The notes under the pieces were generated by a model. The model did no database searches. It saw nothing but the letters and a program-made list of their open reading frames with translations, and was not told where the DNA came from. From Balanoglossus misakiensis (taxonomy: Eukaryota > Animalia > Hemichordata), in NCBI GenBank assembly GCA_040954595.2, contig CM082582.2, positions 11,399,483 through 11,463,482 of the forward strand: 64,000 nucleotides of DNA, given 5' to 3'. The number at the start of each line of letters is the position of its first letter. Position 1 is the stretch's first letter. This document shows positions 27,728 to 41,300 of this stretch, piece after piece. Made by a program: the position numbers and the translations under genes.

Positions 27728-30234
27728 GTAAGTTCAACATTTTATCCCATTTTTCACATCCTCCCTGCACAGATATAGATGCCAGCTGTTTTTGGTTTCT
27801 GAAGCCGCAGCTTCTGTCCATTTCTGGTATTATTTTTGTTCACGACTGATCATCTGCTTTACTACACTTCCCCTCTCCATCCCCCGTAATTTGCGTCATC
27901 TAAACAATCGTGTTGACGTGTCTGTATCCTCCCCCTCATTCTCTCACACGCACATGCATCAGTTCGCTTACACCTTTAAGCAGCACTTTTGTGTTTCAAT
28001 GCTGTAATTACAAAATAGTTGTGTGAAAGCTACCATTATTTTTTTCACTACAGTGTTTCTTTCGCAGTGTTGATCATTTCATAATACTGCTTTTGCATTG
28101 CTTTCTATATCTGTTCAGTTTCAATCTGCACATCTGAACGCTGATACAGTGGATATATGTGTGGTTTACTCAAATACTTTATCCTTCTGAATAATAAAAG
28201 CCAGCCAAACCTAGCTCAGCTGGGCAACTTTTGGGACAACCAGTGATATTTTCACTACATGGTGCCAGGCTGACTCTGTCCCCTGTAGAGGGCATCAGAG
28301 TACACCAAAGTACCTGACCAGTGCAATGTGTACATGTATAAGCAAAGGGATTCATCAATGTCACAGATATGATTATTGTTTATAAAGATTTTTTGTAAAC
28401 ACCAAACACAAATAACAACAACACAACAACAGCCACATATAAGCTAGTTGTTTGAATGCCCCATTTTGTTGACCTGTCTCTGGTATGGTCTTTACGTTAC
28501 GAAGATATACCTCCCCTCAGTCTCAAGGTTTTGCATTATCACAATAGACCACTAAGCGTATTGCAGCCCCTTCAGTTATTTGACTACTGCCTACTTTGCA
28601 TTCAGACCTCAAATCTGTCTTAGGTCAGTGACTCCAGTTTGTATCAGTGTCCACCATTCATTGAATTAAGCCGAACTCTCTCTTTACGCCGGTTGAAAAA
28701 CTTCCCTGAAACCCTGGGTAATACCTGGGGCAAATGTCTCAATTCTTTCTCTGAATACTTTGTTTGGAGAGTTCTGTTTTCTTCAAATCGTGCCAGACGA
28801 GCAAGACATCTGTCTGTGATATCACGTAACCTCATTCAGACACACCATCTTGAAGGAGAATTGCACCTTGTAGAATTTTCTTTAATCAGTTGGACGTTCT
28901 GCAAGAGAACTTGGGTCAGTGAAAAAATCTAACAACAATTTGTTATCTGATAATCTGATGAAAGGCATGTTATACATTTTCTTCTTGTTCACCATTTAAC
29001 TACGAGCTTAGGTGAGATATATTGTTCAAAACAGACGATGATATTTTTAACACAGTGGACATGTTTAGATTTTTATAGGAAAAATTAGCTTACAATTTAT
29101 GGATGGGTCTTGTTCAGTAACACTAGCATCATATGATATAATATTGATTGCTTGAAGCTGATCTGAATCCCATGAACTAGGCCAGCCATGAAAGATTTAG
29201 AATCTTAACAATAGGAGAGAAAAAAATTGATTTCTGTAAATCCAAAGTGTAATTTCCTAGAATGACAGATACTAATGGTTACCAAGCAACGCACTTGATG
29301 TATATTTATCTCAAAATACTGCCTTATATGTATACCTCGACTTCTACGGAGATGTCACTATGATTTATTAATATTATTAGAAATTTGGAAATCTAAGTGA
29401 TGATTATACTATGGGAAGCAGTAGTTTTGAGACACGACTATTATTTGAAAATTATGCCAGCGCCATCAAGACATTGCTGTCAGGTCTTGATTTTGATATT
29501 GTAAATTCAAAAATCTGACTGAACACCCCGAGAAGATTTAGCTTGTTTTGATAAAGTAAAAAGATGATTGATAACTGTTTATTATTATCATTATAAAAAA
29601 GACAGGACTGGTGTAGTATCTACGATTTCTGGTTTTGTGATCCGCTCTCTAGCCATAGCCCTGCCGGGTCTCTCACATTTTCCTTTGACACTGAAGACAG
29701 ATTCCAATTCCTTGGTGCCTGCTCAGTCGTACAGAAAACCCAGGGATGGTTGTAAATCAAGGTTCGGTGATCATGGGTGACTATAAACCCCCATTGAGGG
29801 AAACAGGAGAGGACAAAAACTCGCGACAATGTGGTCATGGATGATAACGCGTTTTATGTCCACCACCCCATGCATTCACATATTGTCAAGACGCCTTCGA
29901 ATGCCACCCAAAAAAAAAAAAAAGTCGTCAGTCAACCTGTCCCATTCTGCAGACAAGCCATAACACGTTACCATGACAACATTGTCATCATCATCCCCCA
30001 CTTCCATTTAGAGTTTGCATAGTAATGAGCTTTCTATTCTGCATTTTTTTTTATTTTCCTCGGCGAGAGTTCTTCCAAAGGATGGGTTTGAGGTGTAAAA
30101 TAGGTGTCTCCTCAGTTGAAATATGTCGTAATATATATTGCATTAAATGAAAAAAATAATGAAGAGAAAATTACACGTCTTTTGTTTTGTCCCTCTGTTT
30201 GCCGTTGTAAAGAACAAGATAGCTTACTCTCGTT

Positions 30235-30270
30235 TGACGTCAGCAGTTGATTGGTTGCTTAGCAACCAAT
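30235..30270. promoter_or_regulatory. Compact promoter module: CRE + RFX X-box flanked by two opposed CCAAT boxes
   Basis: TGACGTCA at 30235-30242 and the palindrome ATTGGTTGCT-T-AGCAACCAAT at 30250-30270, which contains GTTGCTTAGCAAC. Confidence 0.55.
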
Positions 30271-32364
30271 AGCTGGGTTGTAAATAAATGAGTAACCTCC
30301 CCCAGACCTGAAGGTTGTTGAAGACACACAGCTTTTCAAAATGCACTCTGCATAGCTAGGAAATTAAATAGTTCCAAATTGATAGGGCCCTAGAAGTTGA
30401 CACAGTCGTCGCATCGAGGGAAAATATCAACCAGGGTATTTTTTTAGTTTGCATTGTCACTGCTGTTCCAAATTTTAAAATGTATTCCAACAAAAATATA
30501 ATTCTAAAACAAGAACCATACCATGCATGAAGATGCCTTTTTATAATTCAGTTAGCTTTGTGTATTAATATGTCAACTCATGCTGTGTTTTTGACAATAT
30601 TTTGATATGTACAATTTTTGCTTATTTAATATCAAGCAAAAAGATTCGGAATTATCAATTTCTTGGATTTTTCTCTCAGCTACTTAGTGACAAAAAATTA
30701 TGGCTCTTGACAATAAGCCCCACTGAAAGGTGTTTTTATTTTTTTTGACTGATCAAGAAACAGACATTTCCAGTATAAGAGAGCGCGGGACAGAATGCAA
30801 GACACTCCATTTCGAAATTGACAGAAAATGAGCCCGGCTTTCGTCTTGGCATGGGGTGAGACGGCATTCATATAACCGAAGCATAAATTTGAATTCAGCA
30901 AGTGTTGGGCGAACAAGAACAACCCTGGCTCAGCCATTGCCCCCAGAGAATTAATGACGTCAAACGTGACATCAGCCTAATTACCTCGGTTAATTCTGTC
31001 ATATTTCCATGTTTAACTCAGCTTCCCTTGAGCCGTCGCTGCCAGCATCATGGAAATTTCACAAGTTTCCATACATGTATTAAATTACACCAAAAGCATT
31101 CTCAGAAATTCTAAGAGCATTACAGTCAGCTATCTGAATTTCTCGTGGTCAGTTTATCATTTCCCCCTATTGAATTTTCTCTCTCTCAATTTAGATTTTT
31201 GCTGCTTGATCCTTCAAGAGTGCCCATATCATGTTATCTGATACTAAATACTTTATTAGGTTTTGATGTGTATTAATTTATGACAAGGTCGTGGCTGACG
31301 TAAAATGGACAAATATGATAATAAGGTGGATGATACTTGTAAACTTATTGACTGAACGTAGAACGTGCATTTAAATGCTCTGGATGCCAAGGCACGTATA
31401 TGTACTCATTTCAACATGCAAAACCGGTCTTCACGTAACAGATTTGCAATTTGAAGCTGTTTAGCATTATCATTCAAAAGCAGAAAGTAAAAAAAATATG
31501 CATTGGGTTATTTTCCTATTTCATTTATTGGTGAATTATTGAATCGGAGATATAGGCTAGGGTTCTGCGAAAAGATGGAGGAGGCTTTTTGGATTAAGTG
31601 ATTTTTGCTAAAGAGGGAATCAGAATGGTGTGGTGTCACACAGAGTGCAGAGAAATCTACTACTAACCATACAGGCTCAATAAAACATGCAGAATTGCAT
31701 TATGCTTTAATGACATGGGTGTAGTGCATATACAGTCTCCTGACTGACTGACAAGGGCAGACGTGAAACGTTGACGTGAAAAATAAAACGGTGCCTCAAG
31801 TAGTCAAGGCCCTTTGTGCCTTCTGGTATCCATTGGATACTGTTCAGAAATGCGTGTCTTTTCACAGCCGAGCCCGAACTACTAAACTCAGTCTGGGTAA
31901 CCCTTTTTTGTTTTATTCTGTACACAGTAATGCAGTCGTAAATCTTTCCTCTGTTATTATCCGCGCTGCTACATTATTACTGAACATCAATGCAGGGTTA
32001 TTGAAATCTGCTTCCAGAGTTATAAATCTGTTAAAATGAGACGCTGTGTCTCATTCAACCACTCTTATCATTCTCTGTCAGAGCTGTATAGATATCTCGG
32101 GATATCTCTGTTGTCGTTCATGTAATCTGTAATACAAGTGTTACCCAAATCCACACAGGTTACAATGCAGCAATAAAATATATTTATTTGCGAATGGAAA
32201 ACCTTAGAGGTTCCTTTTGTTGACAGTTACTGCTTCAGTAGAGTTATATCAGTTCATATCATTTCTTGTTTGATTTCTTGGCGTTTAGTTTTACATACGT
32301 GATGAAATTGTCATCAGAAAGAAAGACTGATTTTAATGTTTTTTATTTGATTCTTTTCTGCAGC

Positions 32365-35300
32365 ATGGGAAACCGTCAAAGCCAGACATCTGATGACAAA
32401 GAGACCAAAAAACCGCGGAGGGACAAGCCTGGTGGGCGGCCAAGTGCAACGTCGTCCAGCAGCGTAGCCGTTCATGTCGAGGATAAAATCCCTCCCTCCC
32501 AGAGCAGCAGCCCCTCGGAGGCCAACACAGCCGGACAGACCTCGGCGCAGTCATCGCCCCCACTTCAGCAATCCTCCCCACCCTCCTCAACAGTCACCTC
32601 GTCAAAGACCTCCTCCCCAGCCCCTCCTCCGGGACCGAGCAAGCCAGGTCCGGCCGAGCCACCTCTGCCGAAGCTGGACAGTCTAAGGGAAGATGTCGTC
32701 CAGTTATTGCTGGGGGATGTGGCCGCTGTGAGGTGCTCGCTAAAATCAAACACAATTAGGATATTTGTCAGTGCATGCCAAGCAGGTATGTATCAGCCCA
32801 CGTTCACCCTATCAGTGATTTTAGACTTCTGAAGTTAACCTGTATAACTGAAAGACCCCCTGCCTCATGGTGAAATTTTATTTACGAACATTTCATTGTG
32901 ATATTTCTTTTTACAAACCTCATCTGTAATTGAGTAGCGTCACTTGACGTTTTCATCAACAGTGACCTGATTTATTTCCGTTATCATTTTGCATAAATGT
33001 TGCGATCTTTGTTGATTAGCTTCATACAGCCTGCGTATTGTAAGGGAAAAAAAATAACTACCGGTTAATACCCATCTGTGCTTTGCTTGGCTCCTGTGCT
33101 CAAGGGCATGACATATACTCTCTTCCCTTTAATGATGTTGCCTATACAACGGTAGGCTTTTGACCTTGTGGAAAATGCATGGTGACACTGAAGCAATGGA
33201 CTGCAGGTCATCGGCACTGACTAGATCTGCCCTTTGTGTCGCGCCGTATATTGTGAAGTCTTATCACAATTTCCTTTTATTCTTTTATCAATTTCCAATT
33301 AACTGTAGCATACCAGTATATCAATATACAGAGGTGGCCACTAACACAGGTTTGACTGTATATCTCTTTGATTTATATTTTAGATTCCGAACTTGAGCGC
33401 AGTGTGTTGATGGAAAGGGTCTATCCGAAGCTTCAGAGACACTGCAGTGAAAATGGCTATGAACTTCAGTTCGTCGACCTGCACTGGGGTCTGAGGTCGG
33501 AAGACTTGGACGATCACAGTCTGATCGAATGTTGTCTGTTTGAGCTGAATGAATGCCTGAGGATATCTGTGGGACCAAATTTCATGGTGAGAGATTGTTC
33601 AGAGATTGGAAGCTAGTGTTGTAATGTTGTATCGATGCCGGGACTTCGTTTTTTTTCACTGATCGAAATTAAAGTAATTCAAGGTTGCGTTCAAAAGCAG
33701 ACTTGTCGCATTATCACTGTGGTTGTCCTTTGAGAAAAGCCGTTTCACCAGTAAGTTAACATTTCGTGTGGTTGTCTCGATATCTTTATCTAATTAAGTA
33801 TGCATATCATTTTCAGAGCTTCCTAAATCAGAAGTATAACTGCCAGTGTCCAAGGCACATACCTGCATCAGCATTTGAAAAACTACAGAAGTCCGTCACT
33901 GATGTCAGTGAAAAGCATCTTCTGGATGAGTGGTACAGGCGGGACGAAAATGCCATCCCGCCCGTGTATGTCCTGCAGCCGGTCAGCAGCCAAATCAAAA
34001 AGTACAAAGACACCAACAAGGACGTCAGGTTGAAAGCGGAACGGGAGTGGTCGGACGTGCAGCAGAACATCAAGAAAATCCTCCTCAACGCCTGGGGTCA
34101 GGAAGAGCAAGACAGATACTTGTGTTCAGGTGAGAACCCTGAAGTGATGGGGTATGCTTGTGGCGCTGAATTTGAGACATGCCGTCTAGCACGTTCCTCA
34201 CTGTTTCTCGGAATGTCGTTTCTCGGAAACCAGTATTTGTGCGCCACTTTGGTTCTTGCAGACACAAACAACCATCTTGAAGTTGAGTGTCTGTAGTGTG
34301 CGTACCGGAGTCTGAGAAGATTGAACTGTACTTTTTTTTATAAGAGAAAGAATATTGCATGCATATACCGCAAGTCAATCTAGATGATGTCTTCTTTGCT
34401 GCATGACATGAACTCCTTCAGACTTTCTTGAAAAATAATTTCAGTAGAGTAAAGTTCAGATATTTAGCTTTATGAAAACGTATGGTTTGTTAGGGCTCCC
34501 GTTTTGTCTTTGATTAGAAAAATTTGACTTGACACTTTGACTGTACAGCACACTCAGCAACTCTGCCTGCTTAGCATTAGCGATCGAGAAAACAATTAAC
34601 TTACATTTCGAACTGATAATTTAGATGTGTAAGAGTGCAAGGATTCTCTTAAATGTTGAAACTGACGTCATACAGTCATTGAAAACCACATCTGCCCACA
34701 CCCACTGGTGCCCACCTTTTGCCATGTGCGTCACTGTCGTCATTCGACTGCATCAGAGCAGTGAGTGGCCAGATCTTTTACTGGAACTATAGTGGTACTT
34801 GTCGGGAGGTCATTTACCCTCGTGTATTAAATGACGAATTTTATCATTCGTAATTTGTCTGGCATTTTTCGTGTCGTTGATGTGTCAAACATATCGTAAT
34901 ACTCAAAGCTGCCCCCGTTCTTTACAGTACTTTTCTACAATGACACGAACACCGTGTGTAAAAGATGAAATTAAGAGATGAGACCAATCAGATTCCTGTC
35001 TTGTGTTGTCTGTGAGGGTTGGAATCTGTAGCAATTTTCCACTTACTCAGAAAATTAGCAAGTCACTTCTGTCTTGAGCAGATGACTCATTTGTAGACAC
35101 AAAGCACTTAACTCTGTGCAGCCTTGCAGTTATACTCTATAAAAGTCTAATTGAACAAATCGATTCGGCCTATGTACAAGTTACGTGTACAGTTCAAAGT
35201 GAAGAGTTAAAACAGTGTGTGTGTGCATATGTATAATAAACATGTATGTAGTTGTATGTGTGTGTGTGCATGCATGTGTTGTGTGTGTGATAAAATGTAT

Positions 35301-38300
35301 CAAGAGTTTGGCAAAACGTTAGTGTGTTCATGTAAACTGAAACACTGTCACTTGAAATTCAACTCATGATGAAGAAGTAAGTTAATCTCCATTGCAATTT
35401 GGCTTGCATTTATGAGGTAGGATTTTTAGATAGACTCACACACACGGAGTGTGTGAGTGAGATCAGGCTACTGCACATCCTACAAAAATAGATATTTCCA
35501 TCAATTTATTTGATTGGATTAAAGTTTAACATTTGTGTTATAATTTGTATGATATTTTCTTCTTTTGTCAGACTGACATTTCCTTCCTGTAAGTATTGAC
35601 AGATTGACATTTTCAGTGGCCATACCAGATGTGTTGCCATAGCTACCAATGTGAAGGCTAACATACTTATAGTATACATTCAATTGCTTGCTATTCCAAT
35701 CGCAATTGTGCCACCCAAGTATCTTTTAAAGATCAAAGGTGGGAGATAGATATTGTGGATACAAGAGATCCAGTCATTCATGTGTTTTCACTTGGATTTT
35801 CCAGAAAGTCAGGAACTTGAACTAACATGTTGCACATTTCTGTCTAATTGTTTTGCAGTAATGGAAACAGAGCTGGAGTTCGGTCCTCTTTGGAACATGG
35901 GTACCATTTCCAGTGACAGCACGATCTGGATAAAACGCGTCTTTAGAGACATCGAGTCTCACACCAACGATGACAGCATTCGTTTCTACATCGACACCGT
36001 CGGGGAGAACAACGAAATTGACGAGAACATGCAGAAGAGACTGAAACAGATAAAGAGCCTACTGCACGGCAAGATCATCGAGGGAAACTTCCTGGAATTC
36101 ATAGTCTCCTGGAGTGAGAACGGAGTAGACCCGGAAGGAATCTCCGACCACGCCCAGTATATTGAGAACCTCTGCAGTCAGAGCGAGGCAATGATGAAGC
36201 CACTGATTGACAAAGCTATTAGTGATGTACAGACGCAACTGGATGAGACCCCTGTTAAAAGTAAGTCCCAAAAGCAGCAAAATTATTCTTTATTTCGGTT
36301 ACCGTACTCCTTGAATTTATTCTACGACGAGACTGATCAGTTGATGTAGAAAAAATGAAGGAAATGTCTGAAGTGCAGCATGATCAGACTTGATTGTGTG
36401 GCTGTGCTAGCTAATTCTCAAGAATGGAAACATGCATTGAACATCGTGGTCCTTAGACTAGACGCAGTCTGACCACAGAGGTTTTGTTTGACTGAGAATG
36501 TAGGTCAGTATTTTGAATAGAATGTTTTGTTAAAATTAATGGTCAGTTTACACAGTGAGAAACACATGAAAAGGCCACTCCATCAGGTGAGGGATTCATA
36601 GAATCAAATACTAAAGGCATGTTCTATGATGAGGAAAAGGAAAAGTGATTTAGCTGTCTTACAATCTTCACTTTTCCCCAAAGAAAGTCGGTGACTTGAT
36701 AATTCAAGAGCTTTGTTTACAGTGTCTCTGTGGTGATAGACTTTAGAGTCTGCACTGCCCTATTGATTTCTTAGCTGTAAAGAATCCACTTCCTGTCTCA
36801 AGTGCGATATCATCAACTTCAAATACAATCCATGGCTGCCCCAGCACTGTCAAGGGGCCAGCGCTACAACCACATACGGGTTCTCGCTAAAAACGTCTAC
36901 CGCTTCTCAGACACTTGATTTTTATTGAAGGCTGCAGAGTCAGTGATTGGTGGTGGTACTTGGCAAGTGTTCGATTGAAATCACCACAAACTTGGAGTGC
37001 TTTGCTTTTACTGAAAAAATCTGCTGCTAAACGTCTGAAGTTGAAACCAGCACAGTAGCATTCTACATATCTTGGTTGAGTGGATATTATCCCCCTCCCT
37101 GTACCAAAATTATGGTACGGGCCTTTAATTTCCCACAGGGGTCAGTGAGAAGGTTGAATAGGTAGGACTGAGCAATGAATGTCTTCAATCATAATTGAAG
37201 CAACCCTAGTTGAGAAAATTTTCACATAAATGATGTACATTGACTTATAAATTATTAAAAGTCATCTTGTTTTGGGTGGTGTACATGTTTATCATGTGTG
37301 AACAACCGCAGTGTAATAAAGGACACTGTTTGAAAAGCATCCATCATACTAGTTGATTGCCATTAATACGTGTTTCAATCTGTACATTGACATCCGTAAC
37401 ATGTCCAGGGATTGCTTCAAATGCACCGTGAATATCTGAGAGGTGTATCAGAGAGAAGTAGCGTAATCCCAACAGAGCCCGATCACTCAGACAAAATGTT
37501 CCACCCATGGCGCATAAAATCTTCTGGCCATTTGTCATGGAAGGGAGATCATCCCCAATGAGTCATGCCGAGATCTGTCTTGCATTGTTACTGCGTGTTT
37601 AACCTATCGCCGAGTGAGGGTGTGCAGTGGCGAGATGGCAGCCTGGAATGAGCAATAGCCATGGATGCACCCAGGAGATGTCTAAACCTTGAGATGAGGG
37701 TTAATCTGCCGTGGGTAAGGGAGTGATTGGCTCATTATGGCGATCGTGTGATGCGCGTGGGGTTCGCTTCTGCAGATCTATGAAAATGTGATGCATGCAG
37801 CTCATCGATCACTGAAAACTAGATGTCCCAGTTCGGATGTGTGTTTCCCATATCAATAGCTGATTTCAGTGTCTCGGAGAAAGGCGTTGTGATTATGTTT
37901 TGTACATGTGGTGGATTTTCACTGCTCTCTCGCAGATGTTTTATGGAGAATCCTACAAAGATTGTCACATGTTAAGGAAGATGAATGCTCTTGAAAATCA
38001 ACCACATTTCAGAGAAATGTAGTTCATGAGAATTATCATGAACACCAACCAGGTGCAGTTTTTTCCCGACTTATGAGAGAAAAAGGATAAATTTTAATGA
38101 CTATAAAACTCTGCCCTTTTGGAAATAAGGAAATGACGTGTAACTTGCAATTAGACGATAACAAGTTGAACGTCTCCATCAATTCCCTCCTGGCAATGTT
38201 CCTGTTTTCCCATAGAAAGGAACATCGGATAAAAGCTGTGTTTGCACTGTCCATAACGTTATTTTATTTTTATCATCAGGAATACACGATAAACTGTACA

Positions 38301-41300
38301 ACGAGCTGCAACAACACAGCAGACACTGCCAAGAACTCTGTCAGACATTCAAAGGTAGACAAGACCTTCTGTCCAAGATCGACAGTTACCTGAGCAGTGA
38401 ATCCCGACATCCCCTCATCATTCACGGCCACACAGGGTGCGGCAAGACAGCCCTGGTTGCCAAGGCGGCAGAGAGGTGTCGTCAGTTGCTGGGCAACAGT
38501 GCATGCATTCTACGCTTCGTGGGAGTCACTGCCGAAACCTACTCTCTAGGTCAGCTGCTTAGGAGCATATGTGAACAAATAGCTTATTTGTACGGCGAGC
38601 ACATCTCAGTGGGTTCCAAGGTATGTTTGTCTATTATTGTATGATTCCCCATGATCTCCATTGGCCACTGGACGCATCGAGTTACCTTTCCATGTGCTGT
38701 GAAACTCATCTGAACATACATACAAATATAGTAGTTTAATTCGACTTTATGAAATCTCACATTTTGTTTCCTTCGATGATTTCAGGGAGTTGAAAAAATG
38801 AGGAAACAGTTGCCTCAGCTCTTGAAGAAAGCGCAACAAAAGCGCCCTCTTGTGGTGATGATTGATGGCATTGATGAGTTTAAACTGACAGACCACACCG
38901 AGTTGGAATGGATTCCCAAATCTTTGCCAGCCCATGTGAAAATGATTCTTTCCACTTCCAACGATACTTTTCCTGGATTTGCTTCTTTGAAGGTAAGCGA
39001 TAAAACTTGAAAAGACGTCTAATTTTCAGTTTTTATAAGCATGTTGATATTACCAAATTTTTGTCTGATCAAATGGGAGCATAGTGTCATTGATGCTATT
39101 TTTTGTGATTTCTTTTAGTCTCATATAAAGGAGTCTTCAGCCTTCCTTGAGTTGCCGAAACTGAGTTCCAAAGAAATAGCAGCCATGTCTGACGGCATCT
39201 TGAAATCAAGGACACTATCACCGGGGCAGCAGAAAGTTCTACAGGATGCGACACACCACTGTCCACTTCCGTTGTTTGTGCAATTAGCCAGCCGTGTTGC
39301 ACTCAGGTGGCGCAGCTATAACATCAGCAACGAAACAGTCCTTCGCAAGAATATCAAAGAGCAGATTGCGGCGTATTTGACCAATTTGGAGAAGCGCTTT
39401 GGAGCCAAAACCGTCAAGAACGTGCTGTCGTATCTGACGGCGGCCAAGCACGGTCTCTCAGATGCTGAAATGCTAGATTTGTTATCATGTGACGATGCAC
39501 TTTTGGATGAGTATTTTGTGCATAGGAGGCCGTCAATACGGAGAGCCCCGACTACTCTCTGGACTCAAATCAAAATGGAGCTGGCTCCTTTCTTCACAGA
39601 GCATATTATCCATGGACGCTCTTTGAGAACTTGGTCACACAGGGCTTTCAGAGACGCAGTCTCAGAGAAATATCTCTCCTCCAAGAATTCCAGGGCCAAA
39701 GTTCACGAATTCCTTGCAAGCTACTTCCACGGTCACTGGGCGGGCGACAAGAAGAAACCTTGCATGTCCAACGAAGAAGGAATCGAGGTACTTATGGACC
39801 GGCACGTACAACTGCAACCGGTGAAATTCAATAACATTTATAACTCTAGGAAACTTGATGAACTTCCCTACCATGTCTTTCACAGTGGCGAGCAGCAGAC
39901 ATTCCTGGCTGACCACATTTGGAACGTGTCATGGCTCTGCCACAAGCTGGAGGGTTCTGACGTCTCCGAAGTCCTGGATGATGTCGCTCTGGCTCAGACT
40001 GCAGAGCCGCAGAACGCAGACCTTCAGATGCTGCAAACCGTGCTGCAACTGTCCGCTTACGCCCTCTTCTGCGACGGGAATCAGCTGTTCTTGCAGTTCC
40101 ACTCTCGGCTCAAGAACGTCCTCCAAGGCGCCGACGCAAACAAGTATCCCAAACTGGCGCAGATCTGCAAGATGATAGACAATCCTCCGCGTCCAAACTT
40201 CCTCCCGGCAGGGGAGTGTTCGCTCGAGAAAGTCGACGAGGATGTAGAAGCCCACGTGCAGAAAAACCCCAAAGCCATTCTCAACGGCTTGTATAGGATA
40301 AAGGGTGACAACTGCCACATGGTGTCCGTGTCCACCGTGGAAGGAGAGGTCACGGTGTGGAACATTGAAACACAGAAACCGGTAAGGACGTTGACGAAAA
40401 TCAACCAGCCGATGGATATCAGAATGATCGACGAGTACAGGGCGGTCGTGCTGTGCTACCGCGAACTCAAAATCTACAATCTGGACACGGGTACATTTGA
40501 GACCACGCTCAAGGGCATCATGAACCTGCAGATGCCGTACTACGGAATCCAGGACAGCGAGCACGTGGTCGCGCTGGCCAGAAATCGAATGTACGTCAAC
40601 ATCATCAACGTCAGCAGCGGCGAGGTGGAGTCCACCTTCAAAGTCGGGGAAGACAGGTTTCTGAACAGCCTGCTCGTCAGCGAGAATGGCGAACGGTGTG
40701 TGTGTGGGGACGCAACACAGAAGCCGAGCCCTCTCCTGGTGTGGGACCTGAATGCCAGGAAGCTGATCAACGACTTCCGTATCATGCAGCACGAGTTCCA
40801 GACGAACATGTCGGCAATCAGCAAGGACGGCAACTATGTGGTGTCAGTTATCAAGGTACTGTATACAAACATTTCCAGAAAATGTTTCGGGACTGTTATT
40901 GGCCACACGGCTGCCAATCACTGGGAGAAGTAAAGTTGAAAAAACATCACACCAATGTTGCCCTCCACTGATATCCGTCAAATTCAAACAATCTCATCTC
41001 TTTTTTTTCACATCCAGGAATTAAATGATCCAGCCCCCAACTTCGTGATAGTGTATGACCTGCAGAGTGGTCAGCTGTTCAAGAAATGGAAACCAGTGTC
41101 CAGTACGTGCTGTGTTGCTGTCTCTTCAGAAGGAGAGTGTGTTGTCAACGGTTGTGAAGATAAGACTATTCTGGTGTGGAATCTTACATCTGGTGCTCTC
41201 AAGTAAGTTCTCTAATTCTTCAAGTTCAGAAGAGAACCGAGGATTGGGAATAGTAATACCCCGTCAAAGATGAAATACCTTTAAGCTAAATGATTTACAC

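Noticed and set aside
35434-35458. 10-bp hairpin ACTCACACAC/GTGTGTGAGT
   Set aside because: Built from low-complexity CA/TG dinucleotides and expected by chance in this TG-rich intron.
39929-40792. 287-aa antisense ORF
   Set aside because: Shadow ORF of the GC3-rich large NWD exon.
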